Virus record (IMG/VR): IMGVR_UViG_3300028410_000014
Coordinates: 1 to 53,869 of that record
Direction: 5' to 3' (one strand)
Source of the DNA: a virus
Taxonomy: Duplodnaviria; Caudoviricetes
DNA: 53,869 nucleotides
Each line of letters opens with the position of its first letter. The first letter of the stretch is position 1. A program made the translations under genes and the position numbers. The notes beneath the pieces were generated by a model that ran no database searches, had not been told where the DNA came from, and was given only the letters and a program-made list of their open reading frames with translations. Below are positions 28,560 to 39,500 of the stretch, one piece after another.

Positions 28560-28575
28560 GGCACCCGAAGGTGCC
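28560..28575 (-). terminator. UUCG-tetraloop hairpin
   Basis: GGCACC-TTCG-GGTGCC followed by TTTAAAATCAA. Confidence 0.55.
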
Positions 28576-28586
28576 AGATTTCTTTT

Positions 28587-28733
28587 CTAAAAAAAAAGCT
28601 CATCATAACGCTTTAGACCAAATGCCCAAGTAGCATTCCAATCATGCAGTCTATCTCCGAGGGCTGCAGGAACAAACATCATCATTGAGTGTACTATGCA
28701 ATTGTGCGCAAAAGCTTTAAGCCAAGTTTTCAT
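28587..28733 (-). CDS. small hypothetical protein (48 aa), first ORF after the class 1 promoter
   Basis: MKTWLKAFAHNCIVH...RLHDWNA...DELFF; absent from ORF track because of size. Confidence 0.55.
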   Translation of the reverse strand: MKTWLKAFAHNCIVHSMMMFVPAALGDRLHDWNATWAFGLKRYDELFF

Positions 28734-28752
28734 GTCAAGTCTCTCATATGAT

Positions 28753-28785
28753 TGTTTCTTCATATAAGATACCCTATTTTCCGCA
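28753..28785 (-). promoter_or_regulatory. candidate phage RNAP promoter, class 1 (33-bp repeat)
   Basis: TGCGGAAAATAGGGTATCTTATATGAAGAAACA right after the endolysin stop. Confidence 0.7.
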
Positions 28786-28786
28786 G

Positions 28787-29248
28787 TTATTGTTGCGCCA
28801 AAATCTTAAAGAAAGTCCTGGGATCATTCTGAAAGTACACATAGCCGTGCACCGCGTCTCGCACCCACATCAGCCTTTCATCTCGCATGTCCAGATGAAT
28901 CATGGGCATTTTATTGCCGCCTAACTGAGTGTCCGTGTACAAGCCAATGCCGCCAAAATTCATCTGAGTTGCTCTGTTCCATATCGCAAAAGCAATTTTC
29001 CAGTTAGGCAGAAACAAGTCGGTTGCATCGGACTGCCTTGTGCCCTTCTTTGTGGAGTGTCTTGAGTTTCCTTCGTTACGTATATGCGCACCAAATATTG
29101 GGGATGGCGTCATGGAGTGTGAACCCGGCACTGACTCACGCAAGCGGAATAGCTCGTGCATAAGTCGTAAGTCTAAGGCTTCCGCAACTCCACTTGGCCA
29201 TTCATTTGGTGAAAAACGTGAAGTTAAACTCCAGTCAGTATTTTGCAT
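28787..29248 (-). CDS. peptidase M15-family endolysin
   Basis: R...NSRH...ATD...GIGLY...IHLDMR zinc-binding pattern; AAGGA before ATG at 29248. Confidence 0.78.
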   Translation of the reverse strand: MQNTDWSLTSRFSPNEWPSGVAEALDLRLMHELFRLRESVPGSHSMTPSPIFGAHIRNEGNSRHSTKKGTRQSDATDLFLPNWKIAFAIWNRATQMNFGGIGLYTDTQLGGNKMPMIHLDMRDERLMWVRDAVHGYVYFQNDPRTFFKILAQQ

Positions 29249-29377
29249 AATCGATTCCTTGGAAAAATCCGAAAAAGTGAGCCTCCGGAGAGGCCGCTGG
29301 TGAGACGTTTGAGAGTGCCCGAGGTCAGAGGCATGGGGCAAATTGGAACCCCCTAGCGGCTGACTCTCGCGATGGGT

Positions 29378-29944
29378 TCAAGAGGGTGGCTGAGGGCCAC
29401 GCTGCTGGAGTCTGCGGGCTGCCCTGCCTGTCGGCCTGGGCTGGTGCGACTTGCCGTCTGCGGCCTTCTCAGGGTCATAGTGGGTGGTTTTCTGCATTGC
29501 CACGTAGCCTCTGCGTTCCCATCCGAGCATCCGCTCCAACATCTTGGTGAAGCTGTATTTTTCGTCATGATGAGAGCCGGTAGAGATTACCATCCAGTAG
29601 CCCCTGTCTTCCGCAAACTCGAAAAGGTCTTGATGCAGCATCTTCAGAGCTCTTGCAGCTTTACTTCCTTTGCACCATGAGCAGTAGTACTTCTGCACAT
29701 AGGCCGGGAAAGGCATGTGAAGCATTTGTTCCGGATTGCCGTACAAGAACGCAATGATTTCACCGTCTTCGTCTTCCGCTACTTTTACATAGCAATCCGA
29801 CTTTGATAATTCTTTGGCAAAATCTTTGGCATTAGTTGTCCGTGTCGGTAGCCAGTCTTCCATTGATGCATATTTAATGTAGCATCTCACAATTTCTTTG
29901 GCTGATGGTTTTCTGATTATCATGATAGGTCTCAGGTTAGCCAA
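29378..29944 (-). CDS. GNAT-fold acetyltransferase-like protein
   Basis: IIRK...VAEDEDGEIIAFLYG...GWERRG layout. Confidence 0.55.
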   Translation of the reverse strand: MANLRPIMIIRKPSAKEIVRCYIKYASMEDWLPTRTTNAKDFAKELSKSDCYVKVAEDEDGEIIAFLYGNPEQMLHMPFPAYVQKYYCSWCKGSKAARALKMLHQDLFEFAEDRGYWMVISTGSHHDEKYSFTKMLERMLGWERRGYVAMQKTTHYDPEKAADGKSHQPRPTGRAARRLQQRGPQPPS

Positions 29945-30321
29945 AAACTCAATGATTTGAGTTCTGACACATTAGGTTTTATTTCCATGGCTTCGTATTC
30001 GGCAGCTTTCAAATGAAGCAGACCGGCACGCTGAGCACGGTTCACACGTATCTCATGGTACACCGTCGCAAGCTCTGCTTTGGTGAGGTTTACCCATGTG
30101 TTGTCTGCACGTTTCCAGCTCAATGTTCCGTCAGCGTTGAGTGTGGTCAGATAATCAAACAGATCCAGTTGTTCATACAAGCGTTTGTCTGCCATGGGCC
30201 CGCAATCGAATGCACCAAACTGTGAGTCCACCGGTGAGACTTCGTGAATGTCACGCCACTCACGCACTTGCTGCCAAGTAGCAGGCCTGTTGTCGGGGTT
30301 AAGTTGCAGCGATCGCTTCAA
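29932..30321 (-). CDS. DUF4376-like tail fibre assembly protein
   Basis: FD...WKRADNTWVNLT..EL pattern; downstream of tail tip gene. Confidence 0.65.
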   Translation of the reverse strand: MKRSLQLNPDNRPATWQQVREWRDIHEVSPVDSQFGAFDCGPMADKRLYEQLDLFDYLTTLNADGTLSWKRADNTWVNLTKAELATVYHEIRVNRAQRAGLLHLKAAEYEAMEIKPNVSELKSLSFWLT

Positions 30322-30700
30322 TAGTTATCTCCTTAATTAGATATGGGGTTGAGGAAATACTTAACCAATACTTGCCCGGCAAGTCTACTGAGAGCTCAAT
30401 ATCACCCCCGTCCGAAATCTCTGTTACACCGTCAAACCAATTAATGACGGAGCCAGCAGGTACATTTGAGATAACTGCCGTATCTTGTAAATCCGCGACA
30501 AGTTCAATATGGTTGGGTAAGAAAGGGAAACTAGACTTATGTGTTAACACTCCATCGCTAACCCAGCTATCGTCAGCACCCACATTTGCTTGAGAAGTCA
30601 GTCTAAATTCACCTTCCTTTACTTGCATCAAAACCATTGAGTCTGGGCAAGTGACTACCCTGATGATAGCACCATTTGCATTATAAATAACGTGGTTCAT
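30299..30700 (-). CDS. tail-associated protein
   Basis: TAATG coupling with tail tip gene; IY...G.I...V.CP pattern. Confidence 0.6.
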   Translation of the reverse strand: MNHVIYNANGAIIRVVTCPDSMVLMQVKEGEFRLTSQANVGADDSWVSDGVLTHKSSFPFLPNHIELVADLQDTAVISNVPAGSVINWFDGVTEISDGGDIELSVDLPGKYWLSISSTPYLIKEITIEAIAAT

Positions 30701-33700
30701 TAACGCTGTACTCCCAAGATTAGTAATGAAGCTCCCATTACAGACCACCCACTGTTATTGTTAAAAGGTTGAGAGCAACCTACGTTAAGATAGAAAGTTC
30801 TGTTACCTGAGCCCATTAAGCCTTGAAAAGAAAATACGTGTTGGGTTGTCCACCGCCCACCTCTTGTACTTGACTCTCCTAAACCAACTAGACCATTATT
30901 TTCGTCTCTGATTTCAAACAAAACATTAGTATCATTGTTAGGAGCATTAGCTGAAATTGTGATAGTAAAAACTGTAGACACACTGCCGGGGAAAAATGCC
31001 GAAACACTTGTAATTTGATTACGAAAAGTATTTGGAGCAATAATAGTATCATTACGGGGAGCCGTTCCAAATACAGGAATGGTAACTGCGTTTCCTTGTA
31101 TCTGAAGCGTATCCACATACGCATCTCCGGTGAATATTTTGTTGCCGTCGATGAAAGTTGTGCTTGGCCTAACCCAAGTATCTGTCCTATTCTTTGCCGC
31201 CTGCCCTGCAAGCGCTGCATTACGGATAGTGGATGCGGAGGAGCCAGACACATTTGCAGTATCGTAAGCAGTGTTGCTGCCGGTGTTGTCTGCATTAGTG
31301 GGAGGTTTGCTGCCTGTAACTTCACTGTAAAAAAGACTATCTTTAAATGCAAATCCGCCAAGGCCTGATACGCTGTTTTGACCTCTGAACGTGGCGGAGC
31401 CATTCTTATCTAATTTCCATCCAGCTGCTCCGGGTATCTCCCAGCTGTTACTTTGGATAGTGTTGCCAATTTTTGCATTTGTTATTTCACCGTTTCCGAC
31501 AAATAAATTGACAAAGTCACCGTTTGCGACAAACAACTTTTCGGCATCCAGGTTAGTGATCTTTGCGTTATCAATTGTAGCATCAACAATGTAGGCACCT
31601 GACATAGTCGTCATGCCTTCTGACACACCAAATACTAAGCTTTGAGATGCACTCGGATGGTATATGGCAAAATTGTCTGCCATTACTTCAAACAAAGAAG
31701 GCGAGCCTTCCTTGTTTATTAAGCCAACTCCGGAGACTCTACCGTTGACGTCTGTACGAATTGACCAAGAGGCTTCAATGCCATTTATAGACTGAGTCTG
31801 AGTTTGTATTGCGGCAGTTTGTTTGCCTATTTCTGTGGAAAGATCAGTAAAGTCTATAGCCGCTGCTGTTGCACTGCCCTGCGCGTCCTCTGCAAAAGTT
31901 GAGGCTTGCCCAGCATAGGTTTGCGCATTTCCGCTTGCGCCTTCTGCAAGAGTTGACGCTGTTTCAGCTGCTGACGCATAGGTACCTGCGCTAGTTGCGG
32001 CTGTGACTGCAGTAGAGGCAGAGCCGGATGCAGCTGTTGCACTATTGCCCGCGTTATCTGAGCTGGTTGCTGCAACACCAGCACTAATTTGTGCCCTTTC
32101 TGCTGCGCCGTCCGCGAGTGTGTAAGATTCAGAAGACTCATTCCTGTATATCAGTGATTGATTTTTAGAGTCTAATGCTGCAGCGGCGCTCTCAGCTGCA
32201 TTCATTGTGCTCCCATACGTTGCTTCAAGCCCTGCAAATTGGTCTAGTAGTCCCGTATCAGGCGCATCTATCTTATCAATTCGTTCTGAAAGTCTTAAAT
32301 CAAGGTGCTGATCTTTAATTTTGTCTTCAAGCTCTTCAAGTATAATTGCGGCTGACTGATCAGTCACGGCTACAACCGGGCCGGCGTAAGCTGCGGAGAC
32401 ACCTCCACCCACAGACACTTCTTTTGCCCAATACACCCACCTTGTGTTCGGGCTAATTGAGTGTGCATAGATTCGTGTGGCGAGCACTTTTGCAATAAGA
32501 GTTGCGTCAATAATTGTGGGCTCAGTCTCACCATCCAGCCAAGGCGCGGCAAATATAAGTGTGGCGCTATGTCCGCCTGCTTCAGAATAAATGGGTATGT
32601 CCCAAGTTAATATTATTGACTCAATTATAGGACGCGCTGCCAGATTCAGCGGAGGTGGTGGCTCAAAAGTAATGTCGTTAATTGTGGCATAGTAATCGTA
32701 GTCTACGGACACGCTTTCAGAGAAATCACCAAACACGCCCGAGTAACTGACGAAGCGCACCCAGTAGAAAAGCATACCAAACTCTGTTGGCACCTCCGCA
32801 AATTTCTCACGATCAATAGTTGTGACCAGTCTTGCCGCGTCTTCAAACACGTCAGTCCTGCCGCGATATATTTCGGTAGCATAATGGTTGTTATACTTGG
32901 TGGAGTCCCAGGGTCGCAGCTCAGGGATACTCCAACTGACTGTCACCAATTGCTTTCGATCACCGCTTATTGCAACACTCACGTTTTCAGGAGTCGGAGG
33001 CTCTGCGGGGTCAAGCGAAATAAGGCTTGTAGTGATCATTTCAGAGACAGCGCCGGACTTAGAAACAGACTGTATTCCGAAGATAACTTCAGGATGTACA
33101 AGAGCGGTTAAGCTGAAAGGTGGGTCCAGGATGGCACCGATTCTCTTGAAAAGTAGCTCACCGAAATCATTCAATTCACCGGGGACATGGATAAATATCC
33201 AGTTTTCAAGCAAAAGAGTGCTGCCGGAGTTCAGCCAGACAAGTGATCCAACTGAGTCTTTTGTGTCATAGAGATTCGGCACATATTGCAGGAAAGAAGG
33301 TGCGGAAAACTCTTGGCTGAACACAGGGGATGGTGAAAGATATTGATCATCCTCAACGTTCCAAGCCAGCTGAGTCCAGTCAAAACGAGTGCCGGATAAA
33401 GAACAAGTGCCGTTCTCGGCGGGTTTAACCTTGTCAATCTTAATGTACAATGGACCGTCAATGCTTAGACTTTCAGAGCTCAGCTCAACAATGTCACCTG
33501 GCTCATAGTAGCGATCTGTCAGAATGATTTCAAATTCAAACTCAGACGCGGACCGGCTTGTCCTTACCATTTCTTCGGCTTTAGCCAACGCATGGTACTG
33601 AGAAGTAGCGCCGTCTAGAAACGTTTCAGTCTCCAGCGCAATGCCGTTGTCTTCTGCCCGCATCTCCTCGTAAACTGCGATGTCGTTGGAGTAGTCCCGT

Positions 33701-35349
33701 ACAATAAAACCTGTAATAGACTCACTGCGGGTATACCACGCAAATGAGCCGTTCGGGCCTGTCAGAGTTGCCGCAGGTCTGTCACCCGATATTAAGATTA
33801 CATACTCTTGGCCCGCAATTAAGTTTACGGAGAGAACGGCGGGGTCTAGTTCATCATATCTGGCCTGACGCTCTTCTATCTGACCGTTCCTCCCTCCAGT
33901 ATCATAACTCACAGTCTTTGAGGGTTTCGCCACTATCATCAGCGCCGAGCCAGATTGAGACTCGGTCAGGCCCCTTTCCTCTGCGTTAATAGAGTAATTT
34001 GATTTTAGGCCGATCTCAATGAAACCGCTAAATGCGTAGAACTCTCCGGTGTAAGTCCCGCTGACATCAGGCTTAAATACCCACAGGAATTTGTTTGAAT
34101 CGTGTGTGACGCCAGCCCTTCTCAGCAGACGCCCGGAGCCCCTATTGTTCCAATCTTTTCTGGAGTTTTCATAAAATAGAGAGCCTGTGGGAATTTCAAA
34201 AGAAGAGACATCAGTAGTGTTTCTGGGCCAGGATATTGAAGACTGCTTGAAATTAATGGCTTCATCACTGAATTTCACAAGAGCTTTGTTAAAACGCTGA
34301 TCAGCTTCGGGGTAGTGAACTGTAACAGCTCCGCCCAGCACCAAGTCTTCGTCGGTCAAAACACCTGCAATCTCAATGTTTGCGTTATTAATTCCAGGAT
34401 ACTGTAAAACTAACTTGTATTTACCCTGCGACCAAACTAATCTTGAGTCGCCCATTGTGTTAAGGATGTTCTCAACATTCTCCCTGAACGACCTGCTGGT
34501 GTCCAACAGGATATTGCACTCATATAAAGGGATATCTCGCTTTGTTTGCTTAGTGCCGTTTATGGGCTCCCAGAAAGCCCCTCCGACAGCCGCATTCTGC
34601 ATAACAATTTTATCACAAACTGCGGCGGATTTCTCAAATGAAGCCAGGTCAATGTCTTCTAAATCGAGCTCACGGAAGACTAGCAAATAATCAAGTAAAA
34701 CCCACGCCGGATTGTTTGTGTAAACCGGAGGGTACTGCAGTTCACCGTTAGCGGAGCGTCTGATAGAGCGCCCTTCAACTAAAAAGGCGACATCGGGGAC
34801 GCCTTGAAATTGCGGATCGTCTCTGTCAAGGTCAAACATACAAGAGGCATAAGCCACTTCTGAGAATTTTGCGTTACTGCGCCCTGGGCAATTCACCCTG
34901 ATCATATTGTCTACAACACTTCCGCTCCAATGCACATCGATGCGGTAACCGCTGTTGCCTTGCGTCAGTCTTTCGTCGTCTAGGCGCATGTCATCGTTTA
35001 TAAGGATATCACGAACTGAGCTTATACCACCATACGCCAATGCTTGCTGGAAATACAGGGCTTCTCTGTCACTGCCTGACAATGGGCTGGTACCGGCCTC
35101 AAAAGACTGATTGGCATTTGAAGCTACGTCATTGTACTCCGTAGAGACATTGTGGTAAACTCTTGCCCCGCCTATCTTGTTTCGGCCATAAGCGATAGGG
35201 AGTGCGACCATTTCACCTTCAACAACTACTTCAAATCCTTTGCGTGCGTCTGCTGCGTCTTTGGCCTTACGTTTTGCTTTTGCGGCCTGCTGATACTGAT
35301 AGGCAGTGGATGCTACTGTAATCGCGATTGCTACTGCTGTTGCAACCAT
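30700..35349 (-). CDS. tail tip / host-specificity protein (lambda J-like central fibre)
   Basis: LPIAYG, TNNPAWVLLDYL, Fn3-like repeats (YWVR, YW), Ala/Ser-rich stretch, DVNGRVSG.G...ADNFAI, ITNAKIG; TAATG-coupled start at 35349. Confidence 0.88.
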   Translation of the reverse strand: MVATAVAIAITVASTAYQYQQAAKAKRKAKDAADARKGFEVVVEGEMVALPIAYGRNKIGGARVYHNVSTEYNDVASNANQSFEAGTSPLSGSDREALYFQQALAYGGISSVRDILINDDMRLDDERLTQGNSGYRIDVHWSGSVVDNMIRVNCPGRSNAKFSEVAYASCMFDLDRDDPQFQGVPDVAFLVEGRSIRRSANGELQYPPVYTNNPAWVLLDYLLVFRELDLEDIDLASFEKSAAVCDKIVMQNAAVGGAFWEPINGTKQTKRDIPLYECNILLDTSRSFRENVENILNTMGDSRLVWSQGKYKLVLQYPGINNANIEIAGVLTDEDLVLGGAVTVHYPEADQRFNKALVKFSDEAINFKQSSISWPRNTTDVSSFEIPTGSLFYENSRKDWNNRGSGRLLRRAGVTHDSNKFLWVFKPDVSGTYTGEFYAFSGFIEIGLKSNYSINAEERGLTESQSGSALMIVAKPSKTVSYDTGGRNGQIEERQARYDELDPAVLSVNLIAGQEYVILISGDRPAATLTGPNGSFAWYTRSESITGFIVRDYSNDIAVYEEMRAEDNGIALETETFLDGATSQYHALAKAEEMVRTSRSASEFEFEIILTDRYYEPGDIVELSSESLSIDGPLYIKIDKVKPAENGTCSLSGTRFDWTQLAWNVEDDQYLSPSPVFSQEFSAPSFLQYVPNLYDTKDSVGSLVWLNSGSTLLLENWIFIHVPGELNDFGELLFKRIGAILDPPFSLTALVHPEVIFGIQSVSKSGAVSEMITTSLISLDPAEPPTPENVSVAISGDRKQLVTVSWSIPELRPWDSTKYNNHYATEIYRGRTDVFEDAARLVTTIDREKFAEVPTEFGMLFYWVRFVSYSGVFGDFSESVSVDYDYYATINDITFEPPPPLNLAARPIIESIILTWDIPIYSEAGGHSATLIFAAPWLDGETEPTIIDATLIAKVLATRIYAHSISPNTRWVYWAKEVSVGGGVSAAYAGPVVAVTDQSAAIILEELEDKIKDQHLDLRLSERIDKIDAPDTGLLDQFAGLEATYGSTMNAAESAAAALDSKNQSLIYRNESSESYTLADGAAERAQISAGVAATSSDNAGNSATAASGSASTAVTAATSAGTYASAAETASTLAEGASGNAQTYAGQASTFAEDAQGSATAAAIDFTDLSTEIGKQTAAIQTQTQSINGIEASWSIRTDVNGRVSGVGLINKEGSPSLFEVMADNFAIYHPSASQSLVFGVSEGMTTMSGAYIVDATIDNAKITNLDAEKLFVANGDFVNLFVGNGEITNAKIGNTIQSNSWEIPGAAGWKLDKNGSATFRGQNSVSGLGGFAFKDSLFYSEVTGSKPPTNADNTGSNTAYDTANVSGSSASTIRNAALAGQAAKNRTDTWVRPSTTFIDGNKIFTGDAYVDTLQIQGNAVTIPVFGTAPRNDTIIAPNTFRNQITSVSAFFPGSVSTVFTITISANAPNNDTNVLFEIRDENNGLVGLGESSTRGGRWTTQHVFSFQGLMGSGNRTFYLNVGCSQPFNNNSGWSVMGASLLILGVQR

Positions 35350-35909
35350 TATCTTTTCCCCCATAAAAGTGTCAGAGAACGAGAACCCTCATAGACTTGA
35401 TCAAAGGCACTGTCACTGGGGTCTATGTTCCGAAGAGTCTCGCGCGAGCTGTAGAAGCCATCTGTGGCGTCAAGCGCGGCGAGCACGTTCGATCCTGTTA
35501 TCTTTGTTATTGTTTCCCCCTCGATATCAGTCTCAAAGTTTACGTCTTTACCTTGGACAATCCCGGAGTATAGCGTGAACATATCACTGACGAGCGGCTC
35601 TTCAGTTGAAGGATCGACAAAGCCCAGCTGCACAGTTAACTTGGAGCCTATTAAGCCTTGAGTGTACTGGTCACCGAGCGCGTTGCCAGGATCAGACAAT
35701 ACAACCTCGTATAAAGAACGATCTACTGAAGAAGTAGCTTCTGGAGGAGTGACCCCGACCAGTATTTCAGAAGACAAGTAAGTGCCCTCAGAAGTCACAA
35801 GATCACGACTGTAGTCTGTCATGAATAGGTCTTTTATGCGTACACAATAGAATCTCTCTGCCTCATTGTCTGCAAGCAATTGCACTTGAATAGCCGAGAG
35901 GTTTATCAT
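35349..35909 (-). CDS. tail tip/hub protein
   Basis: Position after distal tail gene; C-terminal D..F......L.WG. Confidence 0.65.
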   Translation of the reverse strand: MINLSAIQVQLLADNEAERFYCVRIKDLFMTDYSRDLVTSEGTYLSSEILVGVTPPEATSSVDRSLYEVVLSDPGNALGDQYTQGLIGSKLTVQLGFVDPSTEEPLVSDMFTLYSGIVQGKDVNFETDIEGETITKITGSNVLAALDATDGFYSSRETLRNIDPSDSAFDQVYEGSRSLTLLWGKR

Positions 35910-36499
35910 ATTTTCTCCACGAATGTAAGTTCGCCGTTGTCCATTAAAATACCGTCTGTAAATGACATGCCCTGGACGCTACCTATTTCAAGGTAGGCAT
36001 GCATTACAAGATCGTCCTGCCAAGCAAAATTGGCATTGCTGGCAGCTTTCGTTAGTTTTGGGCTTATCTCTATAGAGCCACTGCGATCTCGATGCGTCAG
36101 TGTCAAGTATATTTTGTTGCTGTTATCGAATTGGATGAAAGTGCCCGCAGGTATAATACTGTTAGTATCAACCGTGATTGTGGAAGAGCCCACAAGACCA
36201 TTTGCCTTGTCAATTCCGTATCGAGGCACTCTATTATGAACTGCCCCGTAGTTTTGAGGCATTTGCAGTTTGTATACACCCGTATTCCCTTTCTTGACAA
36301 AAAGCGCAAACAGCCCGTTAGAGTCGGTGCTGAGAGGCATCAATTGAGAACTGACCTGCCATCGCTGGGCACTTCTCCTTTTGACGTTACGCTTCAAAGA
36401 AAGGGAATCCGAGACGAACGAGGGTACGATGCTTTCTACCCTCATTGGCGCAACAAATTTGGCCAATAGTTGTTCATTATCGTCAAGGATTCCGTACAT
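35906..36499 (-). CDS. distal tail protein
   Basis: Directly after tape measure; SLSLKR...AQRW, G.FIQF....KIY, I.P.L. Confidence 0.7.
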   Translation of the reverse strand: MYGILDDNEQLLAKFVAPMRVESIVPSFVSDSLSLKRNVKRRSAQRWQVSSQLMPLSTDSNGLFALFVKKGNTGVYKLQMPQNYGAVHNRVPRYGIDKANGLVGSSTITVDTNSIIPAGTFIQFDNSNKIYLTLTHRDRSGSIEISPKLTKAASNANFAWQDDLVMHAYLEIGSVQGMSFTDGILMDNGELTFVEKI

Positions 36500-36500
36500 A

Positions 36501-39500
36501 TCAACTCCTGTTACCCACTTCGCGATTTTGCTTGTTCACGCCTTGGGCAATTGACGGCAGCATTTTGTAAATCTCTGCCTTAGTTTGACGACTGATGTCG
36601 CCGGTTATGTTTACATTAAAGATCTGCTGGCTGGAACTCTTTGGTGACATCTTGTCATTGGATATGTAAGTCGGCTTACTGACACGTCCCACCTGACCAC
36701 CTTTTGCAAACTTAGAGATAGACTTTCCACTGTTCAACGCAGTAAGAAGCCCTAGATTCTTTTGAGTATCTCTTGCGTTAACAACAAATTCTCGATTTGA
36801 GAGCATTGTGGGGATAGAGTCAGATGTGCCTGTACCTGGGCCTGTTACAAGGCCACCTGATGCAAAGTTTTGCAATTCAAACTCGGTCAGAACACCGCTG
36901 TCAATAAACGCATCTGTACCTCCGCCACCCCAGGCTCCGGCAACGCCAGCACCAATCTTCATTATAGCGCCGAAAAAATCGACACCACCACCGCCGCCGC
37001 CTGAGAACATCTCAGTCAGCATCCCACCAATTCCTTTTGCCAACGCGACAAACGACCTGCCTAAAGGCGCAAAAAAGCTCTCGGTGGCGGTATTTCCCAT
37101 TGCCAAGAATTGAGTTCCCATGTTTGCAAAGAAACCTTCAGCGTCTCTGTACCCACTCTCTATCATTTCCTTAGTAGGTACAGTAGTCTCACCGTCATCA
37201 CCCCATCCTGAGAACAGACCGGTAGCGCCTTCAGCGACTTGTGAGCCCAGCCCGTACTGACCTTCATTAATCTTTTTCAGAAAGCCATCAGTTACACCTG
37301 AGATAAGCTGATCTGCAATGCCTTGAGTGAATGCTTCGATTACACCCAGCGTGAAAGTGTTAGCCAAACTTTCAAAGAAGCTGGTAAAGCTCTTATTCTC
37401 ACCCGTCATCAATGCAGTCAAACCGGTCTTTATAGAGCCTCTGATGCCGTCTGACATGGCCTGGCCCGCCGATCTCATGCCGTCTGTCAGTCGAGTGACG
37501 CCCTTCAAAATATTATCTACTTCTCTCTCAAAACCTAAGCGAGCTTGCTCAATGGCTCGTGGGTTCATTCCAGAAGTATCTAAAGCGTTAAGCTCTCCAA
37601 TAAGCCCTTCTAATTTCTTTCTGTCAGAGTCGCTGGCAAGCCGTAATGTGCTTATATCGAGTGATTTACCCGCATCATCTGATGCAATTATAAGGTTGCG
37701 CAAGCTTCCTTCAATTCCTCCAAAGGCTTTCTTGGTAATGCCAGACGTCAAACTGGCTTCTGCTACATCTAAGTCTCTGAAGACGGAAGAAGTGTTTCTG
37801 TCACCTGTTTCCAAGGACTTCGGTGCGGCTCCAGTCTCTTTCGTTACCGGCTTGAGTGCCTCGGGGACTTCTACCCCGGCAAACTTATACAGAGCATCTC
37901 TGACAAAGCCTAACGCATCTGTATTCAAATCAACTGACGTCTTCATGTCTTGAAATTCAGACGACGGAGTGATTTGTGTTAAGAGCTCTTTGAGGCTGAG
38001 CTTGGCACTTGCTGCAATAGCTGCTACGACTTCTTCGGCATTAGTCTTATCGTATGTCAGCAGAATATCTTGCTGCTCATTTGTCAGACCTGCTTCCGCC
38101 ACCTTACGAAGTTGTTCAATTGCTTTTGAGTCGGCTTTATATTTATCACGCGATGCTTTTGAGACCTTTGCAAATTGAGCAATTGTTATCTCACCTATTG
38201 CATTCTGCGCTCTCGCAAAGCCTTCACCTAAACCTTCGTATGCGCTTTGAGCCAGGCTTATTTTAAGATCCTTGCCGAGCTTTAGAATTTCTGTTTGGCT
38301 GTCAATGGCAGATATCACGCCAAAGAGATTCAGAGACTTTTGAGCGCTGTCTTGAGCATTAGCTGCAAAGTTGTCAAATGCTTCTTTAGCAGCAGATGAG
38401 AATCTAAACAACAAGCTTCTGAGCTTAGAGTCGACCATTGCAAACTCACGATCAGAAAAGCCGCCTTGCAGTACAGAGCCTACTACATTGTTCTGATCGG
38501 CGAGGCTGTTACCGGCAAGTGCACTGAGTCTATCTCTGCTGGCCTCAAGTATTGCCAGTCGTTTCATTGCAGTGTAGTACTTTTCAGTTCCGACTGTCAA
38601 TCCTTTCAACTCAGCCTCAACAACTTGCAATTCAGACTCAATTCCTACAAATGTGTCTGTAGCTTCTTTAGACAACCTGTTCATAGCTTTGTAAGTGCTG
38701 AAACCTGCACTATTTAACGCTGCAATTACGCCTTGCGGGAGTTTGGCCATAACCGCTGTAGTTACTTTAATTGCCGCAGATGCCGCAATGAACTTGTCTG
38801 TCAGTAGCTTTTTGAGATCAAGTGCGGAGAAATTTGAACCTAAGTTCTTGATACCGTCATCTGCTATCTGAATTGCAAGGCCTGCATCTTTCAGAGTTTG
38901 CAATCCCGAAGAGTCAATCCCTCTGAAACTAGCCTCTTCAAAGCCTTTCGACATACCGTCGCCGAGTGCGCTCATGAGATTAGGTGCCGTGAGAACCGCA
39001 CGATTCATTCTATCTGTAAAAGAAAGGAAATTTCTTTCAAAGAGACTATAATTCTCTTCATTCTCAGAAGCTGCAGCCCGAACACCTTTTCCTTGGAGTG
39101 TTAGACCTTCTATCGTGGCATCCCGAACAGCCTGCAAGCCGTCGTTTCTATAGATCTGATTGAAGTCTACATTGACCATCTCAGCAACTTCTTTCAGCGC
39201 ATCAATCTTCCCTTCTTTTGCGACCCCTGTAAGCGTTCTGTATTTCTTCAGACTCTTTAAGATAGTCGCACCAGCCGCGCTTAGTGTGCCATTTGCGACG
39301 CTATCATCTGTGTCTCGAAGCTCGGTTATTGTGTCATTTACGCGATTACCTAAGCCGTCTGACATTGAACTGATGATTTCAGGGCTTAATCCCAAGTCCA
39401 CTGAAGACACACGCATACTCGCAACCATAGAAATACTGAGATTTGGGTTGCTGTCTATGCTGTCGTCTATAACATTTTGCGCACTCTTTACTATGCGCTT

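Noticed and set aside
25888-28597. A10 (25888-25897) and A9 (28589-28597) tracts as phase-variation switches
   Set aside because: One is not clearly inside a gene and the other falls on the last codons of a small ORF; no evidence of functional switching.
31860-32200. Ala/Ser/Thr-rich repeats in the tail tip gene as a diversity-generating region
   Set aside because: Ordinary low-complexity coiled stretch typical of tail fibres; no adenine-specific paired copy found.
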